DNA of 64,000 nt from Amoebophrya sp. A120 (taxonomy: Eukaryota; Protista; Dinoflagellata), in contig CAJINV010000001.1 of assembly GCA_905178155.1 (NCBI GenBank), positions 220,344 to 284,343 on the forward strand. Reading direction: 5' to 3'. A model generated the notes under the pieces. It was not told the DNA's origin and searched no databases. It saw nothing but the letters and a program-made list of their open reading frames with translations. The position numbers and the translations under genes are program-made. Shown one piece after another: positions 48,489-60,062 of this stretch (positions within the stretch are counted from its first letter, which is position 1; each line of letters starts with the position of its first letter).

Positions 48489-49673
48489 CTAGGTGCTGCT
48501 TTTGCTTTCCTTTCTAGCGTTCGACACTAATAGCTGCGCAGAGAAAGTACTACTACTGTTCCGAGTGAAGTAGTCCTCTCCCTCGTCGAGCCGTGCGGAA
48601 GAAAAATAAAGGATGTTCGGAATGACAGTTCCCGTCGTAGCAGGCACGACCTGAATTTCTGCTGGACGCTGTTGTGGCGCTCTACTTCTACTTCTCGCGG
48701 AAGTGTCCCTGTCGACATCATCATTTTCGCTGGCACGAATAGTTGGAACGAGCACTGGAACTGTGTTGTGGTCTGCTTGCTCTTGGTCGACAGCCGCAAG
48801 TGATTTCTTACTCTGAGTATCAATATGATCATCGTCTCCCATATTCATGTCGAACACTTGTGCTTTTACCGGGCAACTATGTTTGATGTCCTCCTGTACC
48901 TGTTCATCCTCCTCGCGCAATTTCTGCTGTAATTCGGAAGAATCACGTTTACAACTTCCCGACACGGATACGCAGCTCAAACCTTGATCGTTTTCGTTGG
49001 TAGAGCAGCGAGGCGAACAATTTTCTTGTACTCGATTTCGCGTTGCGACGATCGTGCGGATCTGTTTCTCGGTTGATACATTCGTGGATGCAATTATCGT
49101 GCTGCTTCTAGGAGGGCCGCGATGCTCAGGAGCTCCGGTCTTTTTCTTTATTTCACCAGATGAACGCGGTCGCGGAGTCGTTCTTCTATATTTGTCTCTA
49201 TCTTCTGTCCTGTCTCGACCTCCTCTAGTAGAAGTCGTGCCCGCAGCGTGAGTTCGTCGTGGGCTACCAGTCTTTATCCCTTGATGTTGCGGCTGCATTT
49301 CTCCCAATGCCCCCGACAACCATCTCTTCTGTCGCCCAATCCATTTTATCTGGTCCAGGTCGTGATTTAACCTCGCTTGCCTCACGCGCTCCTTGCTGCT
49401 GCGCGACTGCGACGCTCGGTCGACAGACACAACTGGTCGGGGGGTTCTCGGGGTCGCGCTGCGCGGACAGCTTGCCGCCACGAGATGACCTCCATCCACC
49501 TTCGACTCTCGAAGACCGAGATCTTTCACTTGTTTCTCGGGACAAAACACATACCCCACTGGTCGCACCCTTGTTCTTTGCGAATTTTGATTTTCAACAC
49601 GCGTCATATTTTTACCGTTCGCCACAGCACGACGAGGAACAAAGTACCTTTTACTTTTTAGTTTTGCACGCAA
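48489..49673 (-). CDS. hypothetical low-complexity basic protein
   Basis: 394-aa ORF; no recognisable domain. Confidence 0.45.
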   Translation of the reverse strand: MRAKLKSKRYFVPRRAVANGKNMTRVENQNSQRTRVRPVGYVFCPEKQVKDLGLRESKVDGGHLVAASCPRSATPRTPRPVVSVDRASQSRSSKERVRQARLNHDLDQIKWIGRQKRWLSGALGEMQPQHQGIKTGSPRRTHAAGTTSTRGGRDRTEDRDKYRRTTPRPRSSGEIKKKTGAPEHRGPPRSSTIIASTNVSTEKQIRTIVATRNRVQENCSPRCSTNENDQGLSCVSVSGSCKRDSSELQQKLREEDEQVQEDIKHSCPVKAQVFDMNMGDDDHIDTQSKKSLAAVDQEQADHNTVPVLVPTIRASENDDVDRDTSARSRSRAPQQRPAEIQVVPATTGTVIPNILYFSSARLDEGEDYFTRNSSSTFSAQLLVSNARKESKSST

Positions 49674-49928
49674 GGACAGTTGTGGACTGCTTGCACCATC
49701 ATGATCATAGTCATGCTAGATTACAGATGATGTAGTTGCGAATTGCCATGAGGGGAGATTACTAGAAGCCTCGCTCGGCCTGTTAGTTTGTTGATTTTTT
49801 CAGTCGCAAATCAGATCAAAGATCGCGCAACAATACTGCGACCATGATTGAAGAACGACTACGACTCACTAATGTTCTCGTTTTTTTTCGTTATTTAACA
49901 CGAACGATCTAAGCAGCACAACGATGAC

Positions 49929-51527
49929 GACAGGGTGATAGACGAACAAGAAAGGAAAACACCAAGACGACGACAACAAAGGAAAACGACAACGAGACAC
50001 TTTGTTGCCCATTCATCGTAATACAGGAGAACGAAACTACAAGTAAGCAAAAGAACGGAACGATTGTTATAGTGAAAACGCAACGCCACGAAGCAAAGAC
50101 AAATAGCAAAAAATGCGAATGCAAATGCATCTTGCTTTTGCTATCCAATAGAACACATTCACAAATGTAGGTCGAGTGCCCGCGCCCTCGCTTGTCAAAC
50201 ATAGCAGGCACTGGAAAAGGGCGCTGAAAGAAACAGACAGAGCACAGATTATTTCAACTGAAAATGAAACCTATACACTCCGTTCGCGAAACACGAGACT
50301 ACAAGCAGCATCGAATAAAAAGCGCCAGAATGTTCATCTTGCAGCTTGACACCAGCAGTTCACGAACTGAAACCTATTTTTTCGCCGTTCTATGTAAGAG
50401 GACATCGATTCTCGATAGAACAACCGAATTTTCCACTACTACTAGAAGTTCATCATGCTGATGTTTTCTCTGTCTTCTACCTGAGGCTGAGCTTGCGGAC
50501 CTCCAACTCCGCCAGCACCGAGAAAGCTCTGCACTGAAGCACTAGTACCAGCATTGCTGCCCCTGGTTTGCGGGGGCGAGAAGTCAAAGAACTGCTGACT
50601 GGTCTTATTTTTCCCTAATGTGCTATCGCCGAAGGAGCCGCTCGCGTTGAAACTCAGGCTGTTGCTGTTCGTTCCTCCGCCCTCATCGCTGCTGTCGAGA
50701 CTATCTAGGTAAAGGTTGCGATTCCGCAACGACGCGGAGGACGCGGATACCTGGCGGCTGCGGGAGGTGGAGTTCTTGTTTTCGCTGTTCGGCGTGTGCA
50801 TGTCGGAGTCGTCCTCGATGTCGTTCGTGTTCTCGGAAATGGCATTTAATAAAGCCACAGAAAGAAGTTGATTGTTGTTGTTCGCACTCTGGTTCATCTG
50901 TCTCGTAGTTCCGTCCTTCATTGCACTGTCGTGGTCCTCTATCAGCCTGTTCGCGTATCGGTGCGAAAACATCCTGTACGACGCACCAGCTGCTGTCGTG
51001 CCTCCCGCCCGGGGCGACGGTCTAGAAGTTGTACCTGCTTTGGAGTTGTTAATATTGTCTACTTCCACCGCCATTGAAGATGTTCCACCTGTCCTTCTAG
51101 GCGAGTTGTCCCTGCTGGTACTGTTGTATTCGCTGTCTTGTGACACTAGCGGGGTTCGAATCCCGATCCGCATCTGCGTGTCCTGGGAGGAATTCAAACT
51201 GTGTATGGACGGAGAAAGATTCTCTTCACTCCCCCCACCGCCGAAATTGGGACTGAACCGTAAGCGGTGCTGCTCGACGATGCTGAACTGTGACTTTTGC
51301 CGGAACGTCTCGCCGTCGGCCGGGATGCAGCTGATGTCGTTGTAGTTGTTCCACCCGGACATGTATCCTGTGCAAAAGTATCGCACTCGCATAAATTGCA
51401 GTTTAGCATGACAAATCTGGTTTCCTACCTGAATCAGCATGAGAAAATCCAGTTTTCTTCTTGGAAAAATTTGTTTATGCGATTTCTACTAGTACGATGC
51501 TTTTGTAATGCATAACATAGAGGACAT
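49929..51527. repeat. 1599-bp apparent exact duplicate of 51926-53524 (probable assembly artefact)
   Basis: identical ORF translations at offset 1997; the copies flank a 100-N gap. Confidence 0.9.
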
Positions 51528-51732
51528 GCCCACCGCACTGCATGCTCTTTGTGAACCGGACGTGCCCACCGCACTGCCCGCAGTTTTGTTTATGCTTCGC
51601 GCTGAACAATCTCGGGGTCCATCACATTAGAGGCCGGGCGGGCCATTGTGGCCGCGGCTTGGGCTTGCTCCGTCATGCCTCAACCTGCCTTCAAGGCGGG
51701 CCAAGCATGTCGTCTCCACGCCTGGGGCATGC

Positions 51733-51832
51733 NNNNNNNNNNNNNNNNNNNNNNNNNNNNNNNNNNNNNNNNNNNNNNNNNNNNNNNNNNNNNNNNNNNN
51801 NNNNNNNNNNNNNNNNNNNNNNNNNNNNNNNN
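51733..51832. other. assembly gap (100 N)
   Basis: run of n. Confidence 1.
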
Positions 51833-52438
51833 CGATCCATTTAGCAGAAGCTAGATCCTAATGTGTCCAAACGCAAAGTAACAACGTCTGATCTAAAAAT
51901 GATCTCAGGCACCGACCGACCGGGAGACAGGGTGATAGACGAACAAGAAAGGAAAACACCAAGACGACGACAACAAAGGAAAACGACAACGAGACACTTT
52001 GTTGCCCATTCATCGTAATACAGGAGAACGAAACTACAAGTAAGCAAAAGAACGGAACGATTGTTATAGTGAAAACGCAACGCCACGAAGCAAAGACAAA
52101 TAGCAAAAAATGCGAATGCAAATGCATCTTGCTTTTGCTATCCAATAGAACACATTCACAAATGTAGGTCGAGTGCCCGCGCCCTCGCTTGTCAAACATA
52201 GCAGGCACTGGAAAAGGGCGCTGAAAGAAACAGACAGAGCACAGATTATTTCAACTGAAAATGAAACCTATACACTCCGTTCGCGAAACACGAGACTACA
52301 AGCAGCATCGAATAAAAAGCGCCAGAATGTTCATCTTGCAGCTTGACACCAGCAGTTCACGAACTGAAACCTATTTTTTCGCCGTTCTATGTAAGAGGAC
52401 ATCGATTCTCGATAGAACAACCGAATTTTCCACTACTA

Positions 52439-55400
52439 CTAGAAGTTCATCATGCTGATGTTTTCTCTGTCTTCTACCTGAGGCTGAGCTTGCGGACCTC
52501 CAACTCCGCCAGCACCGAGAAAGCTCTGCACTGAAGCACTAGTACCAGCATTGCTGCCCCTGGTTTGCGGGGGCGAGAAGTCAAAGAACTGCTGACTGGT
52601 CTTATTTTTCCCTAATGTGCTATCGCCGAAGGAGCCGCTCGCGTTGAAACTCAGGCTGTTGCTGTTCGTTCCTCCGCCCTCATCGCTGCTGTCGAGACTA
52701 TCTAGGTAAAGGTTGCGATTCCGCAACGACGCGGAGGACGCGGATACCTGGCGGCTGCGGGAGGTGGAGTTCTTGTTTTCGCTGTTCGGCGTGTGCATGT
52801 CGGAGTCGTCCTCGATGTCGTTCGTGTTCTCGGAAATGGCATTTAATAAAGCCACAGAAAGAAGTTGATTGTTGTTGTTCGCACTCTGGTTCATCTGTCT
52901 CGTAGTTCCGTCCTTCATTGCACTGTCGTGGTCCTCTATCAGCCTGTTCGCGTATCGGTGCGAAAACATCCTGTACGACGCACCAGCTGCTGTCGTGCCT
53001 CCCGCCCGGGGCGACGGTCTAGAAGTTGTACCTGCTTTGGAGTTGTTAATATTGTCTACTTCCACCGCCATTGAAGATGTTCCACCTGTCCTTCTAGGCG
53101 AGTTGTCCCTGCTGGTACTGTTGTATTCGCTGTCTTGTGACACTAGCGGGGTTCGAATCCCGATCCGCATCTGCGTGTCCTGGGAGGAATTCAAACTGTG
53201 TATGGACGGAGAAAGATTCTCTTCACTCCCCCCACCGCCGAAATTGGGACTGAACCGTAAGCGGTGCTGCTCGACGATGCTGAACTGTGACTTTTGCCGG
53301 AACGTCTCGCCGTCGGCCGGGATGCAGCTGATGTCGTTGTAGTTGTTCCACCCGGACATGTATCCTGTGCAAAAGTATCGCACTCGCATAAATTGCAGTT
53401 TAGCATGACAAATCTGGTTTCCTACCTGAATCAGCATGAGAAAATCCAGTTTTCTTCTTGGAAAAATTTGTTTATGCGATTTCTACTAGTACGATGCTTT
53501 TGTAATGCATAACATAGAGGACATCTGCTCGTCCACGTGCTGTTCCCACAATTCCATGCTTCGCGCAAACCGCTCCGCCGTGTTGCTGAAAGTCCCATGG
53601 AGCGACAAAACCCGGGGGCAGTCGGCTTCTTCGAACCGCTGCCAGGACTGCAGCTTGGTGTTCAAATCCAAACAGGGGTGGAGGACGGAAAACTGAAACA
53701 GCGTGTCCAGGGACTTTATGCAGTTTTCCTTCAGCTCCGGATCCGTGTCGGCCAGGGAAGAATTGACCACGTCGGTGAAGACTTTCACGATGTTGAGCTC
53801 ATTTGCAAGGAACACCCGTCGCTCGAGGTACGTCTTGTCGATCAACCGGGCTAACGCTAACGCGCACTCCCGTTGGCAGGTCGTGTCCGAGCTGAGAATA
53901 CCCTGGACCGCGTCCCGGAGAATGCAGATGCCGGTGTAGTGGATTTTCCTTAGGGAACTATTGCTTTGATTATCTTGACCTTGTTGACCAGGTGATAAAT
54001 TATTCGCCGGAGTCATGTTGGCGTTTTCAACATCTTCGTTCGACAAACTGGCACTGTTCGTGTTGTCCGCCCCTCCGCCGGCGCTCTTGCTGCCGCTCCG
54101 CGAAGCCGCGCGTATCTGTTCCTGGAAGTCGGCAAGGTCCGGGTGGAGAGGAAGTGGCGCAGACGCCCCATTAGAAGTACCCTGTTGCCCCGATTGAGGT
54201 TGTCCTCCTGCTGCAGTGCCGTAGACGAGTGCTGGCTGGGATGAAGTAGGAGATGCCCCTCCGCCTCCGCCCAGGATCATCTTACTATCTGTACTACCGG
54301 TAGTTGTTCCTGTGGGTGATTTTCTCAGCGGCCCGGTCACCAACTGCAGGCCCGCGTTCGGCGGATCCAAAACCAGCTCCCAGAACTTCTCGGAATACCG
54401 GCTGCTGGCGACGTTGGCGAGGAGATACGCGCACTCTCGTTTGTGCTGCAGCAACTTCTTCTCGCTGTATCCTTCGGGTCCCATCGCAAACTCGAACCCG
54501 TCCTCCACATGCGTGTACTGCTCCCGCGATGTTCGATTCCTCGTGGTCCCATTCTGCTGCTGCAGTCGCAGGGCCTGGCGTTCCCGCTTCCGCAAAAGGT
54601 GCAGAAGTTCCTCTAACTTCCTACCCTCCGGGAATTTCAGAAAAGCCAGGAAGGCGGGGAACAGAGAGCGCGACCGCAGGGTTGCGCCAACCACGGCCGG
54701 GTCCTTGCAGGACGTGAGTGCGCCGAGGATCTTGCTCACCACCCACCGGTTTTTCATGGACCGGAAGAAGTGCACAAGCAAGGCGTCCACCAACGGATTG
54801 GACCGGGAGGACGAGCTAGTGGATAACTTGGATGACCTCTGTCTCACGTTTTTATTTGCGCCTAAGCTTGGTGATCCACCGTCCTGTGGTCCACCATTTG
54901 TATTATTTGATGCGTCGAGCACTTCTATCTCGATATCGTCTTCGCCCTCGTCGTCCTCGAAAATCAATTCGTCGTGGTCTACGTGGTTGAAGACCGTGTA
55001 GTCGATCGCAGGCCGCGTCAACGCGAAGGATCCCGCCCCCGCGCCCAGCATCTTGGTGATGAAGCTGGCCCTCTCTCCCGCAGACAGAAACGCGCGGCAC
55101 GCCTGCAGCGTCTCCTGCTGCAGATCCTCCCTCGTAGTTCGGGTTTTGTTATTAACAACTACCGGAGTAGAAGATGAAGCTCCTGCTGCACCTGCTGCAC
55201 CGCCCAACATGGAGGCGCTTGGTTGAAGATTCGCACTCTGTGTGTCTATCGTGCAACCCATATGGTCATCCGCACTCGTTTCCGCAGATTGCACCAAGTA
55301 GCACAAGCCCCACAGTGCCTCGTAGCTGATCTTCTCGTCCAGGTCCTGCAACAGGGCATCGGCAAACACGCTGTAGGCCGGGGCGACCAGACTCAGCCTC

Positions 55401-57511
55401 GGCTTGGGCTTCCCGCGGCACAAGTTGCCCATGGTCCACATCAGGTTTTGCACGCAGTCCAACTTCTTCGCCGCCACCCAGGACAGCGCCGGGAGGTGCA
55501 GATACAGCTCCTGCAGCAAGCCGATCGCGCCTTGGTGGAGCAGCAGATCCCGGTATTCGGGCCCGTCGCCGGCGACGTTCCCGATCGCCCACACGGACTG
55601 GACGCACACCCGCGGATCCAGCGCGGACCGGGATTGCAACACCTGCAGAAAGCCGGCCAGACCGCCGTTCTGCACCACCGCGGCAGTTTGCTCCTGCGTC
55701 CCGCTCGCGATGTTGGTCAGCGCCCAGCAGAGCTCGAACCGGAGGTTCGCTTCCTCGATCTCCATCATCAGAGTCACCTATCAAATGTAAAAATGTCTGG
55801 GTCTGGAAGATTCCGGGATTTGTGATGCATATTTTGTATGATCCATGACTCATGTAATGCATGATCTAGCATCACGGATTTTTAGAGGGCTTCCTGATGC
55901 CTATTCCGCATGAGACATGGCCTCTCCGCGTAACACAAACTGGACCCCTGTTGCTGGTCACGCAATACAGATTTTTTTGGAATCCAAAGTCAGCATGACA
56001 AGTTGCACTTTTCCAGACCCAGACATTTTTACAATCCATATCACCAAAGATCTTACCATCCCGGCGTCGATGCACTCCTGTATGGGCGGGCTCACCTCCC
56101 GCGCGAGCCGCTTCCTCGTTTCCTGCACGGTGGCCACGACGATCGGAACCTGCTCGAGGATCAGCGACGGGCTCGTGTCTGCGGGGTTTACGCGCCGAAT
56201 CACGAACAATTGCTCATCAACGAAAAATTCTTCTTTCGGTTGATCAGTAGTGCTATCGTTCATATTAGCGCTGTTGTGGTTCGCTGTTGTACTAGTCCCT
56301 GCTCCAACATCGCTGTCAATGTGGTCGGTACCGCTCCCGTTGGTTGTTGTGGAGGAAGTACCGCGGAGCTGCTGCTGAAAGGCGCAAGAGTTGGCGGCCA
56401 CGTGGAGAATGCGGGAGAGCTCGAGCATGGACGCGGTGCGGCAGTAGAGCATACACTCCTCGACGGAGTTGTGCACGCGGTACAGCTTTGCGAGCGGAAG
56501 CTCTTGGTGGGCATTCGCGGCGCTTCTGGCGGTGGGGGAGGTGGCTTTTTTGAAGATATTCTGTTCCTCGTCCTCGTGGTCGTCCAAATCGCTCCCGCTT
56601 TGGTCCATGCTGTCAATGATGTCCTCAGTCGCCAGAATCTCCACGGAAGGCGACCCGAGTCCGCGCCCGCGACGCGTTTGCGCGGCCATGTGCATTGCGG
56701 GGGAGGCGAGCGGAGTGCCAACCTGTTGTGTTGCTGGGCTAACAAGTTGTTGGCCGCTCCCACCTATTTCGCTGTTTTGCGACATGCGTGACTCGTCAGC
56801 ATTGCTCAACATCTCTGACGAACCTGGTGACGAGTCCATTTGATGTTCTGCAGCGGAGTCTCGCACGTCCCGCAGCACCAGCTCTTGCTCCTCCCGATCC
56901 ACAAGCAGGTTTGCCCGCAACAGCTCCTGCATCCGCTGATTGGCAGCTTCGATTTCATCCCCATTGTTCAACACTGTACCTGTGCCAGTGGTAATATAAT
57001 TACTGTTGAGAAATAAACCTAAACCACCTGTCGTGGTGCCAGTGGTCGCGTTGGAATTCGAATTAATATTCTGCACGACGATCTTTCGCTTCTGTTCCAG
57101 TCTCTCGTGCTTGTCCGCTTTGCGCAGGATCACGTCATTCTGGTACCGCTTCGCCCGCTCCTCGTCCGGGTCGATGCCCGACTTTATGACTTGCAAAAAT
57201 GTCTGGGTCTGGAAGATTGGAACTTGTCATGCTGAGTCTGGATCATGCAAAAATTTGTGTTGCATGATTGCCAAAAGATGTCAGCTTTTGACCAGGTTGA
57301 CAGGGAGTTTCTCATGCAGGATAGGAATGATAGACATCTCACAGCATCTCTCATGCTAGGTGCTGCATGCCAGGCCTCATGGGTCATGGAAAACCTGCAT
57401 CACAAATCTTGCATTCTTCCAGACCCAGACATTTTTACATTTGATAGACTTGTACTGGGCACGACGACGCGAACGGAACTCCCGCACGGCATGGTCGTCG
57501 GCTCCCTCCAT
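52439..57511 (-). CDS. importin alpha-like protein (IBB domain plus ARM repeats), greatly expanded
   Basis: RRRAQYK|SGIDPDEERAKR..VILRK (IBB), PPIQECIDAG, FELCWALTNIASGT, QSVWAIGNVAGD, WTMGNLCRGKP; three TIR elements removed in frame. Confidence 0.92.
53361..53511. mobile_element. TIR intron element, group D
   Basis: DR acatg/acata; join QMSSM|SGWNN. Confidence 0.9.
55779..56040. mobile_element. TIR intron element, group A
   Basis: DR tcacc/tcacc; join RSLV|TLMMEI; can be read as GT-AG. Confidence 0.95.
57185..57446. mobile_element. TIR intron element, group A
   Basis: DR gactt/gactt; splits the IBB domain. Confidence 0.95.
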
Positions 57512-58663
57512 TTAATACGCCGTGGTTTTCGACCGCTCTCCGTCACGCGTCGCGTCGCTTCGGAAAATGAAAAGGCGTAGTTCCCAGGTTGGACGAATAC
57601 TTAACTTTGTTACATGAAGGAAAATGAGAATGTGTTAGGAAGGTTAAAAACACAATGCGCACGGCTAGTCCTAGTGCGTAGAATGATATGACTACAGGTG
57701 GTTCACTACAAGCAACGGACTCATCATGCTAGCATCTCGTGTCCGTCAGAACAACGCCGGTGCATGAGAGCCACGCTTGGAGGGTTATGAATGTGATCTG
57801 GAAACGAAAAGTCTCGAATTTTGCGATGAACGAATACAATGGGAAAAGGTGGGAAATAAAAGGGACGATATATGTGGTTGGGGAATAAATTAGTACAGGT
57901 CAATGAGCTAAGGGGTACTTAACTCACCAGTGGATGCTCTTGTAGCCCTGCAGATAATTTTGCAATGTAAACAACTCGTTTTTATGTTGCTAGACGAGCA
58001 AACGACCTAGTGAAAGAACGTTTACAGCTTGGCAGCCTGTGCGCACGAGGAAGCACGATGTAGTTTCTTCTGTGTTTATTTCCGCTTCTTCACGATAAGG
58101 AACGATATCAATGCACCAAAAGAACGTGCGATGGCACCGAGATTGTTGAAGGCACAAAATCTTTGCCTTTCGCTTTCCTTCTATGTCGTGGTGAACGATA
58201 AACCGAATTGAGAAAAACTGAGGCATAAACAACCGAGGTTCGCGAAAGTCAAGCTCAATTCTCTTTTGGATTGCGTTTGCGGTTTTTTTTTTTTTACGAA
58301 CACAAAGTAGGCTACACCACCTCTACAGCAACATTAGTATCACTAGCCGTGTTTCTATCTTTGGACGCTCGGTGAAACAGACCTTGCTATTGCTGATTTT
58401 GTTTGAAACAGCCGTACTTAGTGCCAAAATGTCCACTACTCGTTTTCTAGCTGTATTTTTGGGTTGTTGTTTGTTACAAACTCGATTTCAGTACAAACGT
58501 AAGTCAAAGGCTTTTGCAGCTCCGATATTACAAGTGTTGTTTAAGCTCTTGCTCTTCCGGCACACGAACCATACGTGTCAAATCTTACAAGTTCGATTTT
58601 ACTCAATTTTTCTAGGGACACCAAATTCTACACGCGGCTGAAATCTTATTTGGTTTTTGACAA

Positions 58664-59650
58664 CTACCGCTTTAGATCGTATTTGGCCATGAGGCGGTGA
58701 AACTTTATTTGACCGAGATCCTTGCTCGCGGTTTTGCTTGTTCGCTTCGAAGACGACGACTCGAATGGCCCGCTTATTCCTTTCCCGCCTCCAAGAGATG
58801 TATCGCTGGGTCTCTCAAGGTCCTGCTTTCGTAGTACCTGGCTACGCGACGTATTGTTATTTTCGGAAAGAAGATTTGCACCGTTCCATAGCCTCGTGGA
58901 TGTAGTTTGCCGCGGAGTGTAGTTGGTCGTCGTGCTACTTCCCTGCTCTACTACTCCTGCGATTTGATTGCGTTTTTGCTGTTTGTGGTTGTTCCCAATC
59001 CCAGTTGATGAAGAAGCCGATGCAGCTGCCACCTCGAAAATCGACCGAAGAAAGGATTTTCTTGGTTTGTTTTGCTGTCTCTCGTCAACATCTACTAGAG
59101 TCAACGGTTGATCTTGCGCGATCACTTCTGCCGCTTGCTCGTCAGGTGTAGTATCGCCACTAGCACATTTTGCAGGAGGGTCCGAATCCACCAAAACCAC
59201 GCCCCGGTCATCTGCAAGCAGCGTTGGTCGTGGAACAGGCTTTATCATTTTTACCTCGTCCATCTTTTTACTCCCAGTCCTCGACACGCCGAATACCGCG
59301 CACGACCGTGGCGTCGCGACGGAGAGACAAATGACCTCGCCTGGCTGATGTCCACCGACCGCATCAGATACGTTTGATTTCCTTCGCGCGGCTCCGACTG
59401 CGCCCCTCCCTGGCTCGTCTTCAAGAAGGAAAATGATGTCGCTTCCTCCGGGCGCGGACGAAGCCAGTTCTTGCGGGATGTTGTTGTTCCCGGAGCCAGC
59501 CTCTCGAAGCGGCCGCAACTCAGAGGGAGCAGCAGACGATGCAGCTCGAACCCGAGGCGTTCTGGCTTTGGAGCTACCTCGAGCCGTTGTGGTACATCCT
59601 TGCTCGCCCGGTATCGCAGCTGTGAGACAGGTTAAAAAGGAAAGTTGCAT
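58664..59650 (-). CDS. hypothetical low-complexity protein
   Basis: 328-aa ORF, co-oriented; no recognisable domain. Confidence 0.45.
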   Translation of the reverse strand: MQLSFLTCLTAAIPGEQGCTTTARGSSKARTPRVRAASSAAPSELRPLREAGSGNNNIPQELASSAPGGSDIIFLLEDEPGRGAVGAARRKSNVSDAVGGHQPGEVICLSVATPRSCAVFGVSRTGSKKMDEVKMIKPVPRPTLLADDRGVVLVDSDPPAKCASGDTTPDEQAAEVIAQDQPLTLVDVDERQQNKPRKSFLRSIFEVAAASASSSTGIGNNHKQQKRNQIAGVVEQGSSTTTNYTPRQTTSTRLWNGANLLSENNNTSRSQVLRKQDLERPSDTSLGGGKGISGPFESSSSKRTSKTASKDLGQIKFHRLMAKYDLKR

Positions 59651-59759
59651 ACCTACTATAAGTGCAAGATCGGTTCACTTCAAGGTTGAGAATGTTCATT
59701 TTGATTTTTTACGAAGACCCAATGCGATAATTAACTACTATTAATGATGATTAAGATCA

Positions 59760-60062
59760 TTGAGGGGTCGTTGAGGGGTCTTCGACCCCCCGAAGGGGGT
59801 TCATTGACCCCCCTTGGGTACCCCTTCGTTTTTCGAGGCCCCCCGAAGGCCCCTCGAAGGCCCCCCGAAGGGGCTCCGTTGACCCCCCCCTTCGGGGGTT
59901 CATTGAACCCCCTTCGGGGGGCCTCCGGCGTAGTAAATTTCGGTTTTTCTCGAGGTGCCCCTTCGGGGGGCCTTCGGGGGGCCTTCGATCAAGGGCCTCC
60001 GGGGGGCCTTCGGGGGGCCTTCGGGGGGCCTCCGGGGGGTCTTCGGACTGGGGGCCTTCGAA
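59760..60062. repeat. GC-rich CCCCCGAAGG / CCTTCGGGGG array in head-to-head arrangement
   Basis: mostly cccccgaagg units up to about 59870, then ccttcggggg units. Confidence 0.85.

Noticed and set aside
49929-53524. Tandem duplication of the importin alpha 3' exon
   Set aside because: The copies appear identical, flank an arbitrary 100-N gap and end in short unrelated contig tips. This is most simply an unmerged contig overlap.
1296-57446. Excised lengths being multiples of 3 (in-frame retention or intein-like behaviour)
   Set aside because: 14 of 42 element+DR lengths are 3n, exactly the random expectation, and the 3n examples checked contain in-frame stops.
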